Source: Candidatus Wolfebacteria bacterium
GTDB taxonomy: Bacteria; Patescibacteriota; Minisyncoccia; UBA6257; JAGOQP01
Direction of reading: 5' to 3'
Assembly (NCBI GenBank): GCA_027350645.1
Contig: DAIEKJ010000002.1
Location: 1-38,123, forward strand
Length of the DNA: 38,123 bases
Shown here in pieces: positions 8,361-15,512 of this stretch. Positions within the stretch are counted from its first letter, which is position 1; each line of letters begins with the position of its first letter. Under the pieces are notes generated by a model. It was not told where the DNA came from. It ran no database searches and saw only the letters and a program-made list of their open reading frames with translations. The position numbers were made by a program, and so were the translations under genes.

Positions 8361-8771
8361 TTACTTGCTGCGTTTGACGCCGTACTTGCTGCGCTCCTGC
8401 TTGCGGCCGTCAACCCCTCCCGCATCCAGCCGACCGCGCACAATATGATAGCGCACTCCCGGCAAATCCTTCACGCGTCCGCCGCGGATCATCACCACCG
8501 AGTGCTCTTGCAGATTGTGTCCGACACCCGGAATGTAGGCGGTCACCTCCATGCCGTTGGTCAGCCGCACGCGCGCCACTTTGCGCAACGCTGAGTTCGG
8601 TTTTTTTGGCGTTGTGGTAAACACCTTTGTGCAGACTCCCCGCTTGAACGGCGAATGAGAATAGACCGGACGATTTTTGATACTGTTAAAATAGTACCCC
8701 ATCGCCGGCGACTTTGATTTCTTGACGGTCTTTGACCGTCCCTTTTTGATGAGTTGTCGAATAGTTGGCAT
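8361..8771 (-). CDS. rpsL: 30S ribosomal protein S12, with a ~13-aa insertion
   Basis: [12 protein letters not shown]..., [28 protein letters not shown] and [19 protein letters not shown] are typical of S12. An extra segment [18 protein letters not shown] precedes KRGVC. Confidence 0.95.
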   Translation of the reverse strand: MPTIRQLIKKGRSKTVKKSKSPAMGYYFNSIKNRPVYSHSPFKRGVCTKVFTTTPKKPNSALRKVARVRLTNGMEVTAYIPGVGHNLQEHSVVMIRGGRVKDLPGVRYHIVRGRLDAGGVDGRKQERSKYGVKRSK

Positions 8772-8903
8772 AAAGACAAAATGGTCCCGCGCATATGGCG
8801 GGTTTAGTATAATGCGTACGGCAAGCGATCAGCACGCGCGCGCAAGACAATGGATGCAACTCAATCGTCCCAGGTGCGCAAACCGCCAGCCAGACACAAT
8901 AAA

Positions 8904-8922
8904 AAATCCTTGTTAAGGATTT
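8904..8922. repeat. 19-bp AT-rich inverted repeat in the rpsL upstream region
   Basis: AAATCCTT-gtt-AAGGATTT, flanked by an A-run on the plus strand, which is a T-run on the minus strand. Confidence 0.8.
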
Positions 8923-8982
8923 GCACTACGATAGCAAGAAAAGTCCGGTTTTGTCAACAAAAACGCCTTTCCCGATTTTTAT

Positions 8983-9014
8983 CAAAGAAAAAGGGCCCAA
9001 CCGAAGTTGGGCCC
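8983..9014 (-). terminator. Intrinsic terminator of the orphan gene 9024..9581
   Basis: On the minus strand, GGGCCCAAC-ttcg-GTTGGGCCC is followed by TTTTTCTTTG, starting 10 nt after the TGA stop. Confidence 0.75.
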
Positions 9015-9023
9015 CAACATGCG

Positions 9024-9581
9024 TCACACAAGACGATACGTCGCAACAGCGAATGCAAATCCGCTATCGCGTCGCCATCTGACCTCCGCCCTTTGGCTGT
9101 AAGCGCTCAACCACCTCCCGTCGCCGCCGCGATGCGCAATCAAGAGATCCGAATCACCATCCGAATCATTGATCGGTTCGTGCATCGTGGCGACAAACCA
9201 CAGACCCATGGTCTTGATTTCTTCATCTGCGAACTTTTCGCGGATGAGGCAAGCCACCTCGGCGGTCGGGGTCAAAAGACCCCTTTGGGCCGCCTCATCG
9301 CGAATGTTTTCCGTAAAACGGTTGCCATCCTCAAAGAGCGCCCCCTTGAGAACGGCAACCCTTGTCGTCACGCCTGTGGTTGACACAAACCGCGGGGAAC
9401 GCAAGAGGTCCCTGGCATATCTCCCCACGCGAAATCCTCCCGCCAACAACCGCTCTACCCACTCCTCCCCAGTCGTTCCATCACTCCTGACTAGGAAGGA
9501 AATGCCGCCAACTCTCTCATGGCACGCAGGCGGGGATGCGGACCGCAAGACGGTCAAACCGCCGGTAGATCTCCCAAACAT
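9024..9581 (-). CDS. Hypothetical protein (185 aa) with no recognisable domain; monocistronic
   Basis: The ATG at 9581 is preceded by a strong SD (AAGGAG at 9590..9595, 8-nt spacer). It has its own promoter and terminator. The product reads MFGRSTGG...GLWFVATMHEPINDSDGDSDLLIAHRGGDGRWLSAYSQRAEVRWRRDSGFAFAVATYRLV. The track start at 9650 lacks an RBS. Confidence 0.65.
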   Translation of the reverse strand: MFGRSTGGLTVLRSASPPACHERVGGISFLVRSDGTTGEEWVERLLAGGFRVGRYARDLLRSPRFVSTTGVTTRVAVLKGALFEDGNRFTENIRDEAAQRGLLTPTAEVACLIREKFADEEIKTMGLWFVATMHEPINDSDGDSDLLIAHRGGDGRWLSAYSQRAEVRWRRDSGFAFAVATYRLV

Positions 9582-9666
9582 GGCTCTCTCTCCTTTCTTA
9601 CTCGCTTCAACGAGCAAAGGGCAAAATATCGTCCCCTTAAATTGAATCAAAGTGCTATCCTTAAAG

Positions 9667-9695
9667 ATTAAGGCATATTATTATTAATGTGTCAA
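9667..9695 (-). promoter_or_regulatory. Sigma-70-type promoter of the orphan gene (TTGACA-17-CTTAAT)
   Basis: The minus strand has a perfect -35 TTGACA (9690..9695), a 17-nt AT-rich spacer and CTTAAT (9667..9672). This leaves a 5' UTR of about 80 nt. Confidence 0.45.
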
Positions 9696-9756
9696 TGTGT
9701 CGCAAGGCACCCATCGACAAGCGTTCTCTTAACCTCCCCCGACTTTCCTTTGCGCC

Positions 9757-10392
9757 TCACATCAAAAAATGCGCGATCCAATAGACAATCGGCACGATGA
9801 GCTGAAATCCGAAGAAGATAAAGATCAAAAGCAAAATCATCCCATACCGCTCTAGAGACAAAAATGCGGCGGCCGCGCGGTTGGGCAGGAACGCAGCGAG
9901 CACCTTTGAGCCGTCCAGCGGCGGAATCGGCACCAGATTAAAAATGCCCAGAAAGACATTGATCAATACCACTAGTTGCAAAAGTTCCTGCTGCACGAAC
10001 GAAAGAGTGAATGCGCGAACGAGAAAAAGGCATCCGGACGCAAAGAGCGCAATGAGAAAATTGGCCACAGGTCCGGCAAGCGCAATCATCCCTCCGCCGA
10101 CCTTCGGATTTTTTAGATTGTACGGGTTGTACGGCACCGGCTTTGCCCATCCAAAAATAGGCGTCGATCCTGGGGGAGCGCCAAACAGCGATGGTAAAAT
10201 AAAAAGAAACAACGGGACGAGAAACGACCCCATGAGATCAAGATGCGGCAACGGATTGAGCGTCAGACGGCGCGCGTCCTTGGCGGTTGTATCCCCCAAC
10301 GCATAGGCAACCGCGCCATGCGAAACCTCATGCAGAATTACGGAGAAGAGCAGAACAATCAGTTCAAAAATAATAAAAACGATTTGATTCAT
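9757..10392 (-). CDS. Site-2 protease family zinc metalloprotease (peptidase M50)
   Basis: It has the HEVSHG (HExxH) motif in TM1, the second motif NLVPIPPLDGSKV, and a polytopic membrane profile. Confidence 0.85.
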   Translation of the reverse strand: MNQIVFIIFELIVLLFSVILHEVSHGAVAYALGDTTAKDARRLTLNPLPHLDLMGSFLVPLFLFILPSLFGAPPGSTPIFGWAKPVPYNPYNLKNPKVGGGMIALAGPVANFLIALFASGCLFLVRAFTLSFVQQELLQLVVLINVFLGIFNLVPIPPLDGSKVLAAFLPNRAAAAFLSLERYGMILLLIFIFFGFQLIVPIVYWIAHFLM

Positions 10393-10405
10393 ATTGTGTG
10401 ACGCC

Positions 10406-10433
10406 AGTATACCCGCGGGCGCGATAAATGCAA
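10406..10433 (-). promoter_or_regulatory. Candidate promoter of the M50 protease gene (TTGCAT-16-TATACTGGC)
   Basis: On the minus strand, TATACT (10406..10411) lies 13 nt upstream of the ATG at 10392, and no SD is visible. Confidence 0.4.
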
Positions 10434-10437
10434 TAAA

Positions 10438-11727
10438 CTATTTGGGAGATGTCGTGGCCGACGACGATGACGCGGCGCCCGCCGGACCAGTGTCGGAAAT
10501 GATAGCCGCCGCCTGCGTAGCGCTCAAAAACGACTGAGGAATGGCGATGGAGAGCGGACTCCCCCAATTTCCAAACAGTATCGATATGGACGAGATACCG
10601 ACCGTAACGCCATCGGCAGACTGCGCGATGTCGGCACGACTCAAACTGACCGGCTCGAGGGTTTGTTTGTTAACAAGAAAATCCCACTGGCCGTCAAGCA
10701 CCGTTTCCCAGTGCGTAAACCCGGCAGAAGCAAGACAAGACGCCAACGATGGATCGGCGCGCACCGCCGCAGTCCCGTCGATTGTCACCTTAAAGTGATG
10801 TACCGGCACGCCGTTTTCTTGCTCACTATTCATGCGCTCGATATTGGTAACCACCCCTGGTTGAGATAAAAACGAAAACACATTTCCGCCTTGTCCTCCA
10901 AGCGCCAAACGACACGAGAATAAATCACTCCACAGACCCCGCGGTCCCACAAAAGGAACTTGCGAGAGATCGCCCACCGATCCGATGCCAATCCAGCGTT
11001 GCGCTAAACGATCCAGAGCGGCCTGCCATTGCGTGGAAGAAGCAGCAACCGCATTCACCTGCACGAAGGACCCTCCGGTATCGGGGAGGATAATATTTGC
11101 CTGCCACCGCGGCAACGCTTCTTGCGGCCCGCGCGCGTCAATACTGTATGAAAGAGCGCTGGTATCAGCTGTCGTGCGGGCAAATGATCCGTCAACGGTA
11201 AATACCGCTTCGGGAATTGGGAGCACGAGCCGTTTGAAAAGATCCGTTTCTTGATAGTTGATCACCACGGGTCCTTGGGCCACCAGATGGTATGCATACG
11301 AAGGAGCCTGGGCGCCGATACGCAATGCGCGGCCGATGATAACACCGGTGGCATTGTTGTAAATAGCATACCCGACGACAATCGCGGCAAACGCCGTAAG
11401 AATGCCCGCAATCCATATAAGCGCCTTATGCTCATACGTTCTGACCAACTCGGAAGCCACCTCAAACTTGGTGCGCGGAGATTCGAGAGGGCCCATTTCC
11501 TCCGCCACGCGCCGCGCGCCATCCTGCGATGGCGCATGACTGGTGGCCAACGGAGACTTGCCGGAAAACTCTTCCGATACTTCCCCGTTGCGAAGCAATT
11601 GAGCAAACCCGCCTTCAATATCGCGGTATTTCCAACCGGAAAAGATTAAATTACTCACGATGGTCTCGCGGCTTTTCTTCTCCGCCACTTCTTTGCGAAT
11701 AAGATCCAACAGTTCTTCTTGCGCCAT
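10438..11727 (-). CDS. Single-pass membrane protein with a large extracytoplasmic domain (hypothetical)
   Basis: The ATG at 11727 (MAQEELLDLIRKEV) was chosen. It has a cytoplasmic N-domain, a TM helix (ALIWIAGILTAFAAIVVGYAIY), an external domain of about 290 aa and a Ser-rich tail. The track start at 11790 would run across the promoter box. Confidence 0.6.
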   Translation of the reverse strand: MAQEELLDLIRKEVAEKKSRETIVSNLIFSGWKYRDIEGGFAQLLRNGEVSEEFSGKSPLATSHAPSQDGARRVAEEMGPLESPRTKFEVASELVRTYEHKALIWIAGILTAFAAIVVGYAIYNNATGVIIGRALRIGAQAPSYAYHLVAQGPVVINYQETDLFKRLVLPIPEAVFTVDGSFARTTADTSALSYSIDARGPQEALPRWQANIILPDTGGSFVQVNAVAASSTQWQAALDRLAQRWIGIGSVGDLSQVPFVGPRGLWSDLFSCRLALGGQGGNVFSFLSQPGVVTNIERMNSEQENGVPVHHFKVTIDGTAAVRADPSLASCLASAGFTHWETVLDGQWDFLVNKQTLEPVSLSRADIAQSADGVTVGISSISILFGNWGSPLSIAIPQSFLSATQAAAIISDTGPAGAASSSSATTSPK

Positions 11728-11739
11728 AGTAATGTTGCC

Positions 11740-11748
11740 AGTATAACA
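11740..11748 (-). promoter_or_regulatory. Extended -10 element (TGtTATACTGGC) for the gene 10438..11727
   Basis: The minus strand reads ttttTGtTATACTggcaacattactATG. The -10 ends 12 nt before the ATG. Confidence 0.4.
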
Positions 11749-11809
11749 AAAAAAAGCGTCCGGCGCGATGCCATTTTGAAAACCGCTCAAAACACGGCAC
11801 CTTCGTTAT

Positions 11810-11847
11810 CAAAACCAAACCGCGGGTCCGGCAAACCGGACGCCGCG
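11810..11847 (-). terminator. Intrinsic terminator downstream of tRNA-Pro
   Basis: On the minus strand, CGCGGC-GTCCGG-tttg-CCGGAC-CCGCG is followed by GTTTGGTTTTG. Confidence 0.6.
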
Positions 11848-11879
11848 CGCGTTTATATCCGCACCCTACCATTTCTGTG

Positions 11880-11950
11880 TCGGGCCAGGCGGAATTGAAC
11901 CGCCGCCGCACCCACCCCAAGGGTGTATACTGCCGCTATACGATGGCCCG
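11880..11950 (-). tRNA. tRNA-Pro, anticodon GGG; CCA not encoded
   Basis: It folds by hand into a cloverleaf. The acceptor is CGGGCCA/TGGCCCG. The D loop AGCGGCA contains GG. The anticodon stem is CACCC/GGGTG with loop TTGGGGT (anticodon GGG, G37). The variable loop is 4 nt. The T arm is GGCGG-TTCAATT-CCGCC and the discriminator is A. Total length is 71 nt. Confidence 0.88.
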
Positions 11951-12000
11951 GGTTACCAACGCATCTACACTATCAACTTGCCGGATAAAAAACAAGAAAC

Positions 12001-12033
12001 AAAAAATCCGCGCGTGGCGGAGCGGACTTTTTT
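12001..12033. terminator. Bidirectional terminator-like hairpin after rpmB
   Basis: AAAAAA-TCCGC-gcgtg-GCGGA(gcgga)C-TTTTTT. An A6 run and a T6 run flank a GC stem that has two alternative 3' arms. Confidence 0.55.
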
Positions 12034-12044
12034 AAACGCCACAC

Positions 12045-12233
12045 CTATGCGGCAACGTTAGAAAGTTTCTTGATGCACGACGTGCACGCCAAAACCCGGA
12101 CCCCTTTGGCGTCTTTTGTTTTTTGGAGATTGGGGTACTTGCGCGAGCGAGATACTGGATTATATTTTCCGCGCAGTTTCACTCGATGCCCCATGATCGC
12201 CGAACCTTTTCCGCAAATTTCACACTTTTTCAT
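12045..12233 (-). CDS. rpmB: 50S ribosomal protein L28
   Basis: MKKCEICGKGSAIMGHRVKLRGKYNPVSRSRKYPNLQK matches the L28 pattern. The ATG at 12233 was used; the track adds 11 residues upstream. Confidence 0.88.
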   Translation of the reverse strand: MKKCEICGKGSAIMGHRVKLRGKYNPVSRSRKYPNLQKTKDAKGVRVLACTSCIKKLSNVAA

Positions 12234-12518
12234 AGACGATGGCAAACGACCGACGACTAACAACAAAAAAGAGTTGCCTGATTCTTGTGTTCGTTGTGGG
12301 TTGTAAGTTATTTATTGCACGTTAAGAGCCCCACATTGGAAAGATATTCCCGGCGTCATGCCAGGTGGGTGGGCTCAGCCCGATGCCCGCAGGCAGGGGG
12401 CGCTTTGCCCTCCCAAAATGAAACGATTAATCCGAAAAATCTTTCCGGCAGGGCTCAAAGCAACAGTACCAGATACAAATCAAAAAGTCAAAGCGCCAAC
12501 CGCGAGGATATATGCGGC

Positions 12519-13112
12519 CTATTCGTTGATGTTGTCTAAATTAATGTCGTACAAAATGCGCTCGCGAAGATTTTTATAGTCGACAACTTCTTCGGGCTTG
12601 AACCATACGTCCGTTTCGTATTCCGCTTCCTGCACGTTTGACGACGCGTGCACTAAGTTGCGCACCGCGCGATCGTCCGTGTCGGCAATCAGATATGAAT
12701 CAACCGTGTAGTCGCCGCGAATCGTTCCCATCGCCGACTGCAATGGTTCGGTTGATCCCACCAGTTTGCGCGTGATAGCAATCGCCTGGTGGCCCTGCAA
12801 CACCATCGCCACCACCGGTCCCGAAGATAAAAATCGCACCATCCGATCGATAATCTTTGCTCCCAACTCTGCAGGATCTTCATCAACCACCGCGCCCCCT
12901 TTCCGCTTCCCCTCGATGGATCGCCGCCCCAATGCGGTAATCTCCTCTTTGTTCTTCACGTAGTGGGTGTACACCTGCTCTTTGGTGGGAATCACAAACT
13001 TAAGCGCGACGATTTTAAGACCCACGCGCTCAAACCGATTAATGATGTCGCCGATGAGATTGCGCTGGACCGCGTCCGGCTTGAGCAATACCAATGTTTT
13101 TTCTTTAGTCAT
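12519..13112 (-). CDS. ndk: Nucleoside-diphosphate kinase (long form, 197 aa)
   Basis: Motifs TLVLLKPDAVQRNLIGDIINRFE, SGPVVAMVLQG, TIRGDY and the active-site NLVHASS are present. It has an internal insertion of about 35 aa and a C-terminal extension relative to ~143-aa Ndk proteins. Confidence 0.88.
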   Translation of the reverse strand: MTKEKTLVLLKPDAVQRNLIGDIINRFERVGLKIVALKFVIPTKEQVYTHYVKNKEEITALGRRSIEGKRKGGAVVDEDPAELGAKIIDRMVRFLSSGPVVAMVLQGHQAIAITRKLVGSTEPLQSAMGTIRGDYTVDSYLIADTDDRAVRNLVHASSNVQEAEYETDVWFKPEEVVDYKNLRERILYDINLDNINE

Positions 13113-14544
13113 GTTTTATTTCTTTTTTAACATCAATGTGTAATTCACCCAACTGTTTCTCTTCCAATTCCGAGGGGGCGTCCATCATCAGGTCACGCGC
13201 GTCGCCGGTCTTTGGAAAGGCGATCACTTCGCGGATATTGGGCTCGTTGAGCAGAAGCGCTAGGAGACGATCCAATCCCCAGGCAATACCCCCATGCGGC
13301 GGGGCGCCGGATGCAAGAGCCGCCAGCATATGTCCGAAGTTCTTTTCGATCCGCTCGTCGGAAAAACCCATAATTTCAAATACTTTCTTGAGCGCTTCGG
13401 GACGATGGTTGCGGATGCTCCCGCCGCCGATTTCAAATCCATTGAGGGCCACATCGTACTGCGTCGTCAGAATCTGGCCAATGCGCTCCTTGTTCATCAG
13501 CCACGGCATATGTTCTGCCTGCGGCGCGGAAAACGGGTTGTGGGTAAAGGTCCACTCCTCCGCCGCCGCTCCGGAGCGCGCGGCATCCTTCTGTTCAACT
13601 TTTTCAAAAAATGGAAAATCAATGACCCAGCAAAACGCCAAAAGGTTTTTGTCTTCTTTGTCTTCCCGCATATCCGGACGATCCGTGCCGTATTTTTCCA
13701 TCGCTTGGGCGTACGTCAGGCGCGGAAACGGAACCTGCTGAATTTTTTTCTCCGGAAAAAGCCCGCCAACCAATGCAATGAGCAATGCTTCGTTGAGCGC
13801 CATCACATCCTCGCGATCAACAAACGACATCTCCAGATCCATCTGCGTAAACTCGGGCTGGCGGTCGCCGCGCGTATCTTCATCGCGAAAACAGCGGGCA
13901 ATCTGAAAATAGTTCTCAACTCCCGCGGCCATCAAAAGCTGTTTGTACTGCTGGGGCGACTGCGGCAAAGCAAAAAACTTCCCAGCGTACAATCGCGACG
14001 GCACCACATAATCCCGGGCGCCCTCGGGCGTTGATTTGGTAATAATCGGCGTTTCCACTTCATAAAATCCCCGCGCGTCCAGATAATCGCGGATATATTT
14101 GATCACCTTGTGCCGCAGGGCCAGATTGCGCGCCAGACGCGCCCGGCGCAAATCAACGTATCGCGCCCGCAGGCGGACGTCTTCGCCGATTTGGTAGCCA
14201 TCTCCGCTGATTTCAAAGGGAGGCGTCTGCGCTTCGTTGAGCACCTCGATTTTTTTGATTTCAATCTCGACGGCCCCGGTGGGAATGTTTTTGTTAATCA
14301 AATGCTCTGGGCGATTTTTGACCAGTCCGGTAATTTTTACCACCCACTCACCCCGCACTTTCTGTGCCTGCGCATAAACATCTTCTCCCGACCAGGGACC
14401 GCACACTGCCTGGCATATGCCACTCCGGTCGCGCACATCCAAAAAAATCACCTTGCCGTGATCGCGGCGCACGTCGATCCACCCGTACAACTCAACATCC
14501 GATCCGGCCATGAGGGCGGTATCGGCAATCCACGTCTGTTTCAT
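13105..14544 (-). CDS. aspS: Aspartyl-tRNA synthetase, bacterial type but lacking the GAD insertion domain
   Basis: It has an OB anticodon-binding N-domain, motif 2 FRDEDTRGDRQPEFTQMDLEMSF and motif 3 GGIAWGLDRLL. The length is only 479 aa. RPDMREDKEDKNLLAFCWVIDFPFFE directly bridges the point where the ~130-aa insertion normally sits. It overlaps ndk by 8 nt. Confidence 0.93.
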   Translation of the reverse strand: MKQTWIADTALMAGSDVELYGWIDVRRDHGKVIFLDVRDRSGICQAVCGPWSGEDVYAQAQKVRGEWVVKITGLVKNRPEHLINKNIPTGAVEIEIKKIEVLNEAQTPPFEISGDGYQIGEDVRLRARYVDLRRARLARNLALRHKVIKYIRDYLDARGFYEVETPIITKSTPEGARDYVVPSRLYAGKFFALPQSPQQYKQLLMAAGVENYFQIARCFRDEDTRGDRQPEFTQMDLEMSFVDREDVMALNEALLIALVGGLFPEKKIQQVPFPRLTYAQAMEKYGTDRPDMREDKEDKNLLAFCWVIDFPFFEKVEQKDAARSGAAAEEWTFTHNPFSAPQAEHMPWLMNKERIGQILTTQYDVALNGFEIGGGSIRNHRPEALKKVFEIMGFSDERIEKNFGHMLAALASGAPPHGGIAWGLDRLLALLLNEPNIREVIAFPKTGDARDLMMDAPSELEEKQLGELHIDVKKEIKHD

Positions 14545-14622
14545 ATTAAAAATATCCTACCAATAAAAAAGCAACTTCACAATACGATCCCCCTCCCACA
14601 AAAAATTTTGAACACTCCCCAT

Positions 14623-14654
14623 GTCAAGTATCTCACGATCGTGAGATACTTGAC
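14623..14654. repeat. Perfect 32-bp palindrome
   Basis: GTCAAGTATCTCACGA|TCGTGAGATACTTGAC, flanked by C-runs. It lies 15 nt downstream of the MBL ORF stop and 79 nt upstream of the aspS ATG. Confidence 0.9.
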
Positions 14655-14669
14655 ACCCCCTCATTCTTT

Positions 14670-15512
14670 CTATTGTTCTTGATGCGCACCCAGAACCCGC
14701 AATCCGTCGGCATCTCGCGCAATCCGGATTATGCCGTTCTGATCCGTGCGGAATATGCGCGCGCCCACATCGGCTAAACGCGCCAGCACTTCCTGCGTCG
14801 GATGGCCGTATGAGTTTTTACCAACCTCGATCACCGCCACTAACGGTCTGATTGTTTCAAGAAAGCGTATCGACGATGAATACTTTGATCCGTGATGCGC
14901 CACTTTAAGGATATCAACCGTCGAAGAGACAGCCGCAACCACCGCACGCTCGACTTTTTCAGTAATGTCCCCCGCATACAACGCCGTCGTTGTTCCGTTT
15001 GAAAAAAACAGAACCAAAGATTGATCATTCTGATCCGACGGCGCGATACCCGCCGGCGGCCAGACAACACGAAAAACATTCTTTTCCTGACGCACGACAT
15101 CGCCCGCGGTAACAACAAACGCCGGAATCTTCCGAGTCGCAAGCTCAGCAGAAAATGAACTCCAAAGCTCGTTGCGCTCGCCGTTCCACACCACCGCTCC
15201 CACGTCGTATCGCCTGATCACATCAAACAATCCGCCCAAATGATCCTGCTGAGGATGGGACACGAACACCACGTCGATCCGGCGCTTCAGAAACGGGAGA
15301 ATATTTGCCAGCGCATCGGCGGCTAACTCATTTTTCCCTCCGTCGATCATCCACGCCGCCCGCCCCGTGCGGACAACTTCGGCATCGCCCTGCCCAACGT
15401 CAAGAAAATAAAAATCGCCATCCCCCGACATCGCTCCGCTCATAACCCCTCCCCACACAAACAGATTGGCGGCACACAACATCCCAACGACGGTCATAAT
15501 CAATTTAGACAT
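14670..15512 (-). CDS. ComEC C-terminal-type metallo-beta-lactamase domain protein, encoded as a separate ORF
   Basis: It has the HPQQDHLGG (HxHxDH) motif, downstream AHHGS and GHP motifs, and an N-terminal TM/signal segment MSKLIMTVVGMLCAANLFVWGG. Its ATG overlaps the comEC stop by 8 nt. Confidence 0.85.
   Translation of the reverse strand: MSKLIMTVVGMLCAANLFVWGGVMSGAMSGDGDFYFLDVGQGDAEVVRTGRAAWMIDGGKNELAADALANILPFLKRRIDVVFVSHPQQDHLGGLFDVIRRYDVGAVVWNGERNELWSSFSAELATRKIPAFVVTAGDVVRQEKNVFRVVWPPAGIAPSDQNDQSLVLFFSNGTTTALYAGDITEKVERAVVAAVSSTVDILKVAHHGSKYSSSIRFLETIRPLVAVIEVGKNSYGHPTQEVLARLADVGARIFRTDQNGIIRIARDADGLRVLGAHQEQ

Noticed and set aside
8808-8813. A perfect TATAAT on the plus strand upstream of rpsL.
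   Set aside because: - There is no plus-strand gene downstream and no matching -35.
- It is the reverse reading of the minus-strand TATACT box region.
8938-8948. The string gaaaagtccgg, which resembles the RNase P RNA P4 motif GAAAGUCCGG.
   Set aside because: - No other conserved RNase P elements are nearby.
- The region is only about 250 bp and is better explained as the rpsL promoter plus the terminator of the orphan gene.
12351-12470. A possible SRP (4.5S) RNA, because of the CCAGGU...GCAGGCAGG strings and a CCGGAAAG on the minus strand.
   Set aside because: - I could not build the diagnostic helix 8, which needs a GNRA tetraloop closed by a C-G pair plus the AGCA/GGU symmetric-loop motifs, on either strand.
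- It is kept only as an unexplained structured spacer in the findings.
14545-14669. A T-box or other aaRS leader upstream of aspS.
   Set aside because: - The spacer is only 125 nt.
- It lacks a specifier-loop or T-box (AGGGUGGNACCGCG-like) sequence.
- It is dominated by the 32-bp palindrome.
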